A stretch of 64,000 bases of DNA, from assembly GCA_944390275.1 (NCBI GenBank), contig CALXPL010000003.1:18373-82372 (forward strand), given 5' to 3'. Positions 8,486 through 18,276 of the stretch are shown here, piece after piece. The position numbers were made by a program, and so were the translations under genes. This DNA is from an uncultured Alphaproteobacteria bacterium. GTDB lineage: Bacteria; Pseudomonadota; Alphaproteobacteria; RF32; CAG-239. The notes beneath the pieces were generated by a model. That model worked only from the letters and a program-made list of their open reading frames with translations, was not told where the DNA came from and made no database searches. Position 1 is the first letter of the stretch. Every line of letters starts with the position of its first letter.

Positions 8486-11400
8486 TTATTTTATTGTCTC
8501 GCTCAGACTGCTCTTTTGCATTGAATCCGTGTATATTTTTGCAAAATTTCTAAAATCGGCAATATTGTTTATGGTTTCATCAATGTTGTGCAGGTCTATT
8601 GTTTCTGTTTCCATTGTATCTGTCAATACATTGAATATACTAATATAGGGGGTTGTGGCAAAATATGGCTCAAAGGTGTTCTTTAATCTGACAATAACCG
8701 TTTCTCGTCCCGCTTTCTTTAATGCCGTTGCCCATTCTAAAATTAATTGAATTTGCTCTTGGCTTAATGCTTTGCCTTCTTGGGGCTTTTCTATTAAATA
8801 TTTTATGTTATCGGCTGCATCTCCCCATTGTTGATTGTTCCAGAATATTTCGGCTTTTAGTAATATTCCGTTTCGGCTGTAATCTTCTTTTAATAATTCT
8901 AAGGCTTCTTCTGTCTTCTCTAGTCCAGATAAGGCTTTGGCTCTGATTATGCGGCGATGGGCTACGATACTTGGTGAAAGTTCATCACTTTCTGTCTTGT
9001 CTAAATTTTCTATGGCTTTTTCCGGTTCGTTATTAAATAAGTTTATTAAAGCCATTCTTGTTCCTATCGTTCCTGCTTCATTGGCTGTTAATTTGCCGTT
9101 TTCCATTTGGTGTGATAGAATATTATAAGCTCGTCCTAATAAATCAACAGCAACCAAGCGATCTGCTAATTTTTGCACAATCTCGTTGTAATACTGACTT
9201 TGCGGAGCCAGTTCATGATAATCTTGGTACAAGGCTAATGACTGAATCGCCGGCATTTTATCGTCTTGATTGTAGTAATATATATCTTCAAAAAATTTTA
9301 CCATGCGGCGTGTGATGGCTTCCGAATCTTTACTTAAACCTAAATTCTTGGCTTCTTTTAAAGTCTTTAAGGCTTGAGGGTAATCCTTATTTTGGGCATA
9401 GATTTCTGCTAACTCTTGCAAGACTTTTATCTTAAATTCTGCTTCTCCCCATGCATAACGCAATTTCTCGTATTCTTCTGCTGCTTTGCTTAAGCTGATT
9501 GTATTGGTTTTCTTTTGAATTTCAATTATTTTCTTTCTTGATAATACGGAATAGTAGTTGGCTGAGGAATCAGCGGCATTGCGGTATTCTCTGAGAGCGT
9601 TTAACGGATAGCCCATGGCTTCTAAACGGCGTGCGTTGTAATAGTTTATTGCGGCTTTGTTATCTGTTCCATCCGAATCGCGCAGTATTTCAATATAATT
9701 TTGAACAGCTAAGTCATCATTGGCCATTAATGCCGGTTCTATGGCTACTAATGCAATTCTTCTTCTAATTTCGTTCGGATAATTCTTTAGCATATATATG
9801 TATGGTGATATAACTTCATTGCTTCTTTCATTTGGTTGTAATGCCGCTATACTTAAGTTTTTCCAGAACCGTGCTTCTTCATTTTGTACTAAATTTCCGT
9901 AAGAAAAATCTTTAATGGCTTCTTCATAACGGCGCATCAGAAAATTAGCAATACCTCTCATACTGTGAAATGTATCACTCTCACTTTCCGAAGCTTTTTC
10001 TTTTTCTAAGGAGTTTAATATTTTTATCGCATTGCTCCCTAAGCCTCTGTTGAGAAAATAGCCGGCCTCTCTTAAGCGTATCTTGTTGGTATCTTGGCTG
10101 TCAGATGTTATGATGTCTTGTTCTAGAAGTTTTACGGCTTCTAAAAATGGTTTATTTAGTATTTCCGCTGGAATGTTCATTACAAATTGTTTGTCAATAT
10201 TGTTATCTCCGTATAATAAATTACGTCTTTTTAATTCATCTAATTCGGCAGAAATGTTTAAATTACCTTGTAGCTTGCGTATATTTATTCCGTTGGTGCC
10301 TCGTGTGATTTCTATATCATCTGATTTATAAATTAAAGCTAAACCATTAATCGTTTCTATAAAATCTAAATCAGGATATTGGTATGCATGGTTGATACCA
10401 ACGTTGGTGGTGTCGGTCGGAACAATGCTGATAACATCACCTATGTCGGGATCAAATATTGATATGATATTGCCAACGTTGTTTAATGGTGCATAAAGAT
10501 AAGAATGATTTAATGCGTCATATCTCGTATATATCGGTATTTCTTCCGTTTCCATATCTTTTCCTCCGGTGTAGAGATCTACTATCCATAGCAATCCTTC
10601 TTTTCTTAAATTTACTTTTATATCTTTTTCCGGAGTTAAGCGTATTATCGTTGCTTGTGGGTTGGGAAGTTGGTATAAATTTTTTGCTAAGGGAATTATT
10701 TCTTTGTTTAATGCTGCAATATCCAGATTTTGGTATTGGTCAAATACTATCCATAAGTGTTCACCTCTTTTAAATGCAGCTATGTTTACTGGTTTATTCC
10801 ATGAGAAACTTAAACTTCTAATCTTTAAAAGCGGCGCATTTGATATATCTGTTAATTCTTCTTCTTTAAAAGATTTTTCTGTCGGGGATACATCTATAAC
10901 AATTTGATTGCTTTGTTCAAAAGAACGTTGTGTGATTGCAGGTATTGTAAAAATGTATTTTTCAGGACTTTCTTGCTTAAAACTAATTTGATTGTATTTG
11001 GGATAATTTATCAAATTTTGTGTTGCAAATTTATAGGGCTTTTTAAAAATAATTTGTGTATTTTTTGCGTTTTGCTTTATTTCATATGGCGGAATCGTAT
11101 CAAAATGAAATGAAAAACGTGAAAATTTGTCATTCGCGCTATAACTTAATTCTGCTCCTTCTAAACCTTCCGGATTCATTTTTTGAGTTTCGGTTGGTGT
11201 GGAAAGAGGTATATTTATGATTAATTTGTTTCCTTCTCGGTAGTGGTTAATTGCCGTATCTTGTGTTAACTCAATGACAAAAACTTTTTTATCATCCGAA
11301 ACTTCATATTTTTTTAAAATTTGCGGATAACGCTCTTGTGTTTCTGCTAATTGATGTTCTACCGGTTGATTAAAGGTTAGGTGTACTTTCTTGTTTTGTT

Positions 11401-11584
11401 GTTCTATGGTGTAATCGTTTAATTTTCCTATTTCAAATTCTATGCGGAGGCTGTTTTTTTCTTGTAAGCTATGGACTGCGGATTGTACAGGAGTAACTGT
11501 TGAAAAAAACAACAAAAAGATTATTGCGATATGGTATCGTAATATTTGTTGAATAAACTTCTTTGATAACACAATCAAATGCAA
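8486..11584 (-). CDS. Large secreted TPR-repeat protein (1032 aa). It may be a flagellar-motor accessory or scaffold protein.
   Basis: It has an N-terminal signal peptide, a beta-rich N-terminal half and a C-terminal half of TPR-like helical repeats (for example AIKDFSYGNLVQNEEARFWKNLSIAAL and YYNARRLEAMGYPLNALREY). It is the last gene of the fliL-fliM operon, 1 nt after the motE-like gene. Confidence 0.55.
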   Translation of the reverse strand: MHLIVLSKKFIQQILRYHIAIIFLLFFSTVTPVQSAVHSLQEKNSLRIEFEIGKLNDYTIEQQNKKVHLTFNQPVEHQLAETQERYPQILKKYEVSDDKKVFVIELTQDTAINHYREGNKLIINIPLSTPTETQKMNPEGLEGAELSYSANDKFSRFSFHFDTIPPYEIKQNAKNTQIIFKKPYKFATQNLINYPKYNQISFKQESPEKYIFTIPAITQRSFEQSNQIVIDVSPTEKSFKEEELTDISNAPLLKIRSLSFSWNKPVNIAAFKRGEHLWIVFDQYQNLDIAALNKEIIPLAKNLYQLPNPQATIIRLTPEKDIKVNLRKEGLLWIVDLYTGGKDMETEEIPIYTRYDALNHSYLYAPLNNVGNIISIFDPDIGDVISIVPTDTTNVGINHAYQYPDLDFIETINGLALIYKSDDIEITRGTNGINIRKLQGNLNISAELDELKRRNLLYGDNNIDKQFVMNIPAEILNKPFLEAVKLLEQDIITSDSQDTNKIRLREAGYFLNRGLGSNAIKILNSLEKEKASESESDTFHSMRGIANFLMRRYEEAIKDFSYGNLVQNEEARFWKNLSIAALQPNERSNEVISPYIYMLKNYPNEIRRRIALVAIEPALMANDDLAVQNYIEILRDSDGTDNKAAINYYNARRLEAMGYPLNALREYRNAADSSANYYSVLSRKKIIEIQKKTNTISLSKAAEEYEKLRYAWGEAEFKIKVLQELAEIYAQNKDYPQALKTLKEAKNLGLSKDSEAITRRMVKFFEDIYYYNQDDKMPAIQSLALYQDYHELAPQSQYYNEIVQKLADRLVAVDLLGRAYNILSHQMENGKLTANEAGTIGTRMALINLFNNEPEKAIENLDKTESDELSPSIVAHRRIIRAKALSGLEKTEEALELLKEDYSRNGILLKAEIFWNNQQWGDAADNIKYLIEKPQEGKALSQEQIQLILEWATALKKAGRETVIVRLKNTFEPYFATTPYISIFNVLTDTMETETIDLHNIDETINNIADFRNFAKIYTDSMQKSSLSETIK

Positions 11585-11585
11585 G

Positions 11586-12263
11586 TTATTCTCCTTCTAA
11601 TCCGCTGTTGTTTAGGCTATTTCCTATTAAAGCATCCGTAATTGCTTTAGCCTTGGAGGCTTCCATTTGCGATATAATGGCTGATGAAGCGGAAGGTTTC
11701 ATCTCTCTTACTAAAGCTGTGGTTATTTCTAAATCAAGTGTATTAAATATTCTTGCGGCATCTTTAGGTTTCATGCTGGTATAGACTTTTACCAATGAAT
11801 CTAATTTTTCTTTTTCTTTTGCTGTATATTCTTTCATTAAAGCACGAAGTCTCTTTTCATAATTTTGAAGTTGAGCTAGTTTTTTTCCTATTTCTTCTTC
11901 CGTTACTTTTAACTGTACTGCTTTTTTATCAATTTCTTTGCTGCGTAAATCTAGTGCTTCTCTACGTTCTGCTAATTCTTGAAGTATGGCGATTTCTGAT
12001 TGGCTGAAACTTTTTCCTTTATTAACCGTTGTGTCATTTTTCGTTGTGGTTTCTGATGCTCCTTCAAGTATTTTGTTGAGTTCTGCCGTTGTATTGCCTG
12101 ATTGTTCTTCTGCTTGTGCCTGATTCGAGCTTAAGCTAAACGAATTGCTACCGCGTTGCTTTATGTTATCAACTACGTTATTAATCCTTAATGTTAGCAT
12201 TAGGACTGACATAAATATTACTATCGGCAATATACGAAATCTTTTGTTCTTTATCGGCTTCAT
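11586..12263 (-). CDS. MotE-like flagellar protein with an MgtE_N-type domain. It is signal-anchored and contains a coiled coil.
   Basis: The C-terminus SMKPKDAARIFNTLDLEITTALVREMKPSASSAIISQMEASKAKAITDAL matches the MgtE_N helical repeat found in MotE/FlbB-type flagellar proteins. It has an N-terminal TM segment and sits in the flagellar operon. Confidence 0.55.
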   Translation of the reverse strand: MKPIKNKRFRILPIVIFMSVLMLTLRINNVVDNIKQRGSNSFSLSSNQAQAEEQSGNTTAELNKILEGASETTTKNDTTVNKGKSFSQSEIAILQELAERREALDLRSKEIDKKAVQLKVTEEEIGKKLAQLQNYEKRLRALMKEYTAKEKEKLDSLVKVYTSMKPKDAARIFNTLDLEITTALVREMKPSASSAIISQMEASKAKAITDALIGNSLNNSGLEGE

Positions 12264-12286
12264 TTTTTTCTCTTTTTATTTCTTTC

Positions 12287-12766
12287 TTATTTGATGGCTC
12301 GTAAGGCTTTAAGCAATTCTAATTCGGCTTCCGAACGCATGGCGTCTTGTTCCGATATTTGTGTTTGAAATCCTTTTTCTTCTTTTTTCTTGTTTGATGA
12401 CTGGGGGGCCGTTTCTGATGGTTGTGGTGCTTCTTTTATTTTGCGGCTGTTGTGAATAACATTCTCCAATCGATCCGCTAAATTATCAGCTCTTTCATTA
12501 ATAAATGTTAAATCATCTTTTAATGTTTTGGCACTGTTTACTACTTCTTTTAGTTCTCCTGACGTGCTTTGGGTGGCACTCTTTAATTTGGGGATTGAGT
12601 TTTCTGCTTTATATGTTGCTTCGTTTAATGATTGTATCAATTTTGACAGGCTACTTTGATTTTGTCTGAGCAGGGTTAGGTTTTTGTTTAAACGGTAAGC
12701 GTAAATTATGGTCGGTATGAGCAAACCGATGATAATTATGTTGATGATTAATTCTATACTATCCAT
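12287..12766 (-). CDS. Hypothetical flagellar-operon protein with an N-terminal TM anchor and a coiled coil.
   Basis: 159 aa. Its start overlaps the fliM stop by 8 nt. TM helix IELIINIIIIGLLIPTIIYAY is followed by a coiled coil. No family was recognised. Confidence 0.45.
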   Translation of the reverse strand: MDSIELIINIIIIGLLIPTIIYAYRLNKNLTLLRQNQSSLSKLIQSLNEATYKAENSIPKLKSATQSTSGELKEVVNSAKTLKDDLTFINERADNLADRLENVIHNSRKIKEAPQPSETAPQSSNKKKEEKGFQTQISEQDAMRSEAELELLKALRAIK

Positions 12767-13859
12767 TTTTTTCTGCTTTCCCTTTAACTTTTATGACTAT
12801 CTTATCTCCTTTTCTGCCCATCGTCCCTTTTAGCAAAGCGATGTCTCCGCATAGGAGATTTATTTCCGAATCCTTTTCCATTTCAAGGTTGATAAAAGAG
12901 CCTTTTTTCCATTGTGAGATTTCTTTTAAATTTATCATTTGTTCTTTTAAACATGCTTGAAGTTCAATTTCTGTTTTCCATAACTCTTCTACCAAATGAT
13001 TTTCCCAAATCGTATCACGACCATAACGTTCTCCCATGAACATTTGCAACAAAATATCTCTAATCGGTTCTAACGTTGCGTAGGGTATCATTAAATCGAG
13101 TTTTCCACCTCGGTCTTCCATATCTATTCTTAAGTGAGCTACGATAACGGCATTTGATAAACGGGCTATCGCGGCAAAACGAGGGTTGGTTTCTGTTCTT
13201 TCGTAGCTGAAATTGATGGTGGTAATTGGGTCAAATGCTGTTGATAAATCCGCTAATATTAAATCTATCATGTCTTTGACTAAATTTAATTCTATGGTGG
13301 TGTAGGGGCGACCTTCTATTCGGATGGCTGCCGTTCCTCTCCTCCCTCCCAGCAAAACGTCAACAATGGAGTACACCAGCGGCGAATCTACGGATATTAA
13401 ACCGTAATTATCCCATTCTTCAGCTCGGAAGACTGATAATAATGTCGGTAGCGTTAACGAATCGATATATTCTCCAAATCTCATCGACTCGATGCTCTCT
13501 ATCGAAACTTCTATGTTATCTTGCGTGAAGTTACGTAGTGATGTAACCATCATACGGATTAATCGGTCGAAAACAACATCCAACATCGGTAAGCGTTCAT
13601 AAGATCCCATCGAGGAATTTAATATGGCTTTAACTCCCGTATTGATGATGCCTTCTTCTTTTGAAGTTCCGTTTGTATAACCAAATAAAGTATCAATTTC
13701 TTCTTGATTTAGTATTTTTGAATTGCTCGTTCCGGTTTCGCTAATTGTTTCTTCGCGCACATTAATCATATCCGTCCATTCTTCTTGTTTGGACGTTTGG
13801 GAAGCTTCTGTGGGAGATGAGCTGTCGCTTTGTTGGCTCTTTTTTTCTTCTTCTGACAC
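12759..13859 (-). CDS. fliM: Flagellar motor switch protein FliM.
   Basis: 366 aa. An S/T/E-rich N-terminal extension precedes the CheY-P-binding-like motif LNQEEIDTLFG. The FliM middle domain and a C-terminal FliN-like domain are present. Confidence 0.85.
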   Translation of the reverse strand: MSEEEKKSQQSDSSSPTEASQTSKQEEWTDMINVREETISETGTSNSKILNQEEIDTLFGYTNGTSKEEGIINTGVKAILNSSMGSYERLPMLDVVFDRLIRMMVTSLRNFTQDNIEVSIESIESMRFGEYIDSLTLPTLLSVFRAEEWDNYGLISVDSPLVYSIVDVLLGGRRGTAAIRIEGRPYTTIELNLVKDMIDLILADLSTAFDPITTINFSYERTETNPRFAAIARLSNAVIVAHLRIDMEDRGGKLDLMIPYATLEPIRDILLQMFMGERYGRDTIWENHLVEELWKTEIELQACLKEQMINLKEISQWKKGSFINLEMEKDSEINLLCGDIALLKGTMGRKGDKIVIKVKGKAEKNG

Positions 13860-13865
13860 GGTTTC

Positions 13866-14423
13866 CTATCCTTGTTGCTGCTCTTTTTGTATCTCGAATT
13901 GTTTGATGTTAATTTTATCAATGTTCAAAGGGGATACGATAAGGTTAATTCTGTATAGTAATTCTTCTTTTAACCAAAACATGCCTTCGCTGTTGGTTAT
14001 TTCTTCCGGATATAATTCAACCAGGTGGCTGATAATGACATCTTGTATTTTTGATGACATGCCGTCAAGTATGCTAATCTTATCTTCACTTAGACTTTCA
14101 CTTTCTAAACTAACTCGCATTCTTGCACTCATCGGCGTGTCTTTTTTGCTTTTTAAAACTGTAATGATTTCCGGTAAATCGTAGTAAACCGTTGTCTTTT
14201 CTCCACCGCTTTTCGGATCATTATTGGTTACAATATTGTAATTCTTTATCTCTTTTTCTTTATGATTAAAAACAGCATAAAAACTTACAATTAATCCTAT
14301 AATGATTATTGCTGGAAGAATTATTAAAAGTATTTTCTTTTTATTTATTTGTTTACGATTGTTTTGGAGTTCTTCTTCCTCTTTATCAAAATCGTCATTT
14401 CGTCTTATCATCTTATTCCCCAA
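13866..14423 (-). CDS. fliL: Flagellar basal-body-associated protein FliL.
   Basis: 185 aa with a single N-terminal TM helix (ILLIILPAIIIIGLIVSFYAV) and a periplasmic FliL domain. It lies immediately upstream of fliM. Confidence 0.75.
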   Translation of the reverse strand: MGNKMIRRNDDFDKEEEELQNNRKQINKKKILLIILPAIIIIGLIVSFYAVFNHKEKEIKNYNIVTNNDPKSGGEKTTVYYDLPEIITVLKSKKDTPMSARMRVSLESESLSEDKISILDGMSSKIQDVIISHLVELYPEEITNSEGMFWLKEELLYRINLIVSPLNIDKINIKQFEIQKEQQQG

Positions 14424-14682
14424 TCAATGATATTTTATATCTAATCTAGTATATTATTCTTTAGATTAAAACAGGAAATGTTAACTTATTAAACGAAAAT
14501 ATTTTCTTTTTGATTAATCTTGTAATTTTAACTTTTAATTATCTTCTTCGTTTTATAATCTTTCTCAAGTTTCATGAACGACTTTGTTACAGATATGTTA
14601 AATTTTTTTATTTTGCAGCGTATCTTCTGGATTTCGGACGGCGTTTATGTTATGATGAAAAAAAATTACTGAGGTTGAGCTT

Positions 14683-15369
14683 ATGTATATTTGGGTGGTT
14701 TTGGCTACTTTTATCGCTATCTTGTACGGCTTTAATTTGTCCGTGCGTTCCGATATGCGCCAAATTTATGTCGAGCCTCAAGCTGAAGCCGCTGTGAGTA
14801 AAATTGTCTTGCAGCATCGTGCCGCTGAGAAATTTTTTAATGATAAAGTTGCTCAACATATCGGGTATAGTGCCGGAAGGGTTAATGTACAAACTTTTGA
14901 GGATTTTTTACCTGTCGGTTTTGATCCTAATTATGATGATGACGGAAAAACTTATTATATTACAACTATGTATTGTTTGGATAAAAATTCAGACAAATTA
15001 TCTGCGGCTGCGGCAAGTTGTAATGCTGAAAATTCTCTGAATTATTTAATTACGTACGGTTGTGTGCCTCAACGTTGGAAAAGTATCAAAGGGGGACGAC
15101 CGGCTAATGATTTGGTTAATGCTATGCGTCGTGTAACAGGTAGAGGTTCTAATTTTGGTTATACTCAGCTTGTTGAAGCTGATGCCGAAAAAAATGATTT
15201 GGGGACGGAAATCGGTATTAATACCGGAAATAATCAATGGTTATCCGTGCCTCAATATATCATTTCTCAATCGGGTACCTTGGGTGATGAAAGTTTTGCA
15301 TCAATGTGCGGACTTGATGGCGCTTGTGCTTATTGTATGGCTTATATGACACCGTATGAACAATTGTAG
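14683..15369 (+). CDS. Hypothetical protein with an N-terminal hydrophobic anchor. It is the first gene of an operon with the giant prepilin-like protein.
   Basis: RBS GAGG 8 nt upstream of the ATG. N-terminus MYIWVVLATFIAILYGFNLSV. The C-terminus is Cys-containing (CGLDGACAYCMAY). The gene is divergent from fliL. Confidence 0.45.
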   Translation: MYIWVVLATFIAILYGFNLSVRSDMRQIYVEPQAEAAVSKIVLQHRAAEKFFNDKVAQHIGYSAGRVNVQTFEDFLPVGFDPNYDDDGKTYYITTMYCLDKNSDKLSAAAASCNAENSLNYLITYGCVPQRWKSIKGGRPANDLVNAMRRVTGRGSNFGYTQLVEADAEKNDLGTEIGINTGNNQWLSVPQYIISQSGTLGDESFASMCGLDGACAYCMAYMTPYEQL

Positions 15370-15378
15370 GGGGTGCGT

Positions 15379-18145
15379 TATGTGGTTTGATAAAAATATT
15401 GCAAAACAAGATGCCGGTAGCCTTATGATCGAGGCTTTGGCTATGTTGGCTTTAATTGCTATGGTGACTCCTATCCTTTATAAAAAAGCTGCGGAAAGAA
15501 CAACCGAGTTGCAAGATATTAATGCTGCCAGCCAAATGCGTGTGATGATTAAAGCTGTTGATGATTATTTAAGCGATAATTATCAAGATATTATGGCTGG
15601 ACGTGAAGTACAAAATAATTGTAAAGGCACAAAACCTAACTTTTCTGATTTTAAAAATGCCGGTGATAAAGTTACTCAAGTCGATATTCAACAACTTTGC
15701 GATTATTTACCTTACGGTTTCTTGGATAATGCCGGTAATGTACAAGGGAGTTATTCTTTTTCCGGTTATCAACTTGCGGTTAAAAAACATGATGCCGGAA
15801 GCGATAACAGTAGCGCTTCTTTAACCGGATTCATTTTAGCCAACCCTAAGGCTGATACCGGAATTCCTTTGTTGCGCGCTTCTCGTATTGCTTCTATGAT
15901 TGGTAGTAACGGTGGTTATACTCAAGGTGATAAGGCTAACGGTGTGCAAGGTATTTGGCGTATTGATAATGTCAAAAATGAATTGGGTATGGAGCCTAAA
16001 GCCGATGGTTCAATTATTGCTGCTTCTATTCAATCTATTACCGATGGAAGCGGTATTAATGAAAACGTACTCTATCGTAAAGCTATTCCCGGTAAGCCTG
16101 GCTTAAATACAATGGAAACAACCCTTAGTATGGGCGATCACAATATTGAAGATGTTAACCAGCTTATTATTTCGGCAAATAATCCTGCCGGAGGAAATCG
16201 CGATGAAGCTCTTTTAATTGAAAATGGCGGTGGTGCTAAAATTGATGGTATGCTTGATGCTGCCGGTGGAAATTTTCATGTTGATACTTCCGGTAATACG
16301 GATATTGGCGGAAATGCTAATATTGCCGGCGATGCTGTCGTCGATGGCAGTGCCGATATTGCTGGCGATACCGGTGTGGGCGGAAATTTACAAGTTGACG
16401 GAAAAGCTGATATTGCCGGTGATACTACAGTTGGTGGAAATTTGACGGTTAATAAGGATTCCGATTTAAAAGGTAATGTTAATGTCGGCGGAAATTTAAA
16501 TGTTGCCGGTAATACAACTTTGAATAAACTAACCGTAAATGGACAAAGCGATTTTAACGGACCGGTTAATATTAATAATCAGCTTACCGTTAATGCTGAA
16601 GCAACTTTCAAAGAAGATGTTTTGATGGAAAAAAATCTTACCGTTAATGGGTCTATTCGCACTCCGGATTTGCGTTCAAAAACGTTGCGCGGTGGTTTGC
16701 AAGGCGATGATTTTGATACCGGTACTTATGCTTTTACCGCTTATTGGAGTGGTGAAAATAAACCTTATGATGTTTACATCGGTGTTAACAATGAAGTGAA
16801 AGTCGGTGATGGTGTTGTTCACATCGGGCGCAATAACGAAGTTCAAGTTACTGATAATAAAATGGTTGCCGGTTTGAATAACGAACTAGAAGTTGAAACA
16901 ACAGGTTCCGGTACAGGTACAGTTAAACTTGGTCCAACATCTACGGCTAAAGAATTTATTGTTTCTAAAGGAAAAACACTCGTTGATAATGGTGTCTTTG
17001 AAGTGCAGACTGGGGCTAATACTTATAGTCAGATTTTAACTTCTGATAGTCGTGTCGATATTATGCGAAATGCGAATGACGGACAAAGTTTATTTTCAGT
17101 TGAAGATAATGCTAGTGCAACGCGTGGTTCGGTGCATGTTCGCAAGGGTATTCTTGAAGTCGCTTCCAAATATGATAGTATTGCAAGTGTTGAAAGCACT
17201 TCTGCCGGTTATGTGAAAGCTGACCGTTTTATTGATAACAAACCTTTGGAAAGTGCTGCTTTACCTCGGATGGCTGTGAATGGTTATACGGCCCAAGGTA
17301 CGGCTTATACAAATTATCAAATTAATCCTGCTTACACTTCCGTTATGCATGATATTAAATTAACCAGCCGTGGCGGGGCACGCTTGAGTGATATTTTACC
17401 CGACTTCATTAATAAAGGTATTTATGTCGTTGATAATACTTATAAAGAAAGTGTTCCTTATTGGGCTAATTTGAACCCAACTGTTTCCGGCGGAACAGTT
17501 CAAATTTCCGGTCAGTCCGGTTATGCTTGTAGTGATTATTCTTGTTGGACTTCTCCTTGGCTTGGTATTATTCCTTCACCGCAATGTCCTCCGGGATATG
17601 CTAAAGTGGTAACGATTACTCCTGCTGGTTGGGCTATGGCTCAAGCCGGTGTCCCTCCTTCCGGTTCGGAAAGTACGCGTAAAGATTTATTATATCTGAA
17701 CGTACCCAAGAATCCTAATGATTATGCTTCCGGTTCGGCTGATGCTCCTATGCCCTTGTATTTTCAGAAAAGTACTTGGTTAAGAGCTAATGTTTATCCT
17801 CATGGTTCCGGGGCTAATTTTAAAGGTTGGAGTGCCATTATGGGATTTATGTATCCGTATTCTTATTACAAAACTTATATTGATGACCTTGGTGTAACAA
17901 TTAACAAAGACGGAGCGACAAGTTCAAGTCAATGGGTCGTTTGGAATCTCTTTCCGGTCTTGCGTCGGCAACTTGAAGCCTATGTTACGGTTTATTGTTA
18001 CTTTGATCGAACAAACAGTGCATACAACAGTAAGTATGTTGATAAGTACGACCAGTTAAATAATTTCCGTCAAGGTTGGAATAAGGATTCAACTTATAAG
18101 ACCCGTCTGAATGATGAAACTTTGACCTTTACGGATCCTTGGTAG
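15379..18145 (+). CDS. Giant (922 aa) protein with a type IV prepilin-like leader and central beta-helix-like GGN/D-x-x-IAGD tandem repeats. A pilin-like adhesin or fibre subunit is the hypothesis.
   Basis: Start chosen at ATG 15379 with RBS GGGGG. N-terminus MWFDKNIAKQDAG|SLMIEALAMLALIAMV has Gly at -1, Glu at +5 and a 20-aa hydrophobic helix. Residues about 300-430 contain repeats GGNANIAGDAVVDGSADIAGDTGVGGNLQVDGKADIAGDTTVGGNLTVN.... The C-terminus is Cys- and aromatic-rich. Confidence 0.5.
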
Positions 18146-18163
18146 TCATTTTTTAATGAAAAA

Positions 18164-18198
18164 ACCGCTGAAAATACCAGCGGTTTTTTTGTTTTTTT
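18164..18198 (+). terminator. Rho-independent terminator.
   Basis: accgctg aaaatac cagcggt hairpin followed by TTTTTTT. Confidence 0.65.
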
Positions 18199-18276
18199 AA
18201 TAAAAATTTTATTGGTGTTCTTTTATTTTTATATTATCTTGTTTGCATCCTTTTTATCTGTTATGGGAGTCTTACT

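Noticed and set aside
8722-11113. Multiple + strand ORFs inside the TPR gene, and the 11563..11784 and 11795..12007 ORFs inside the motE-like gene
   Set aside because: They are antisense to a long ORF that carries a signal peptide and coherent repeats. They are Leu/Phe-rich, which is typical of AT-rich antisense frames.
16200-16650. DNA-level tandem repeats (ggtggaaat..., attgccggtgat...) that could be mistaken for a CRISPR array or VNTR
   Set aside because: They lie in frame within the 922-aa ORF and encode the GGN..IAGD protein repeats. They are degenerate, have no unique spacers and no cas genes are nearby.
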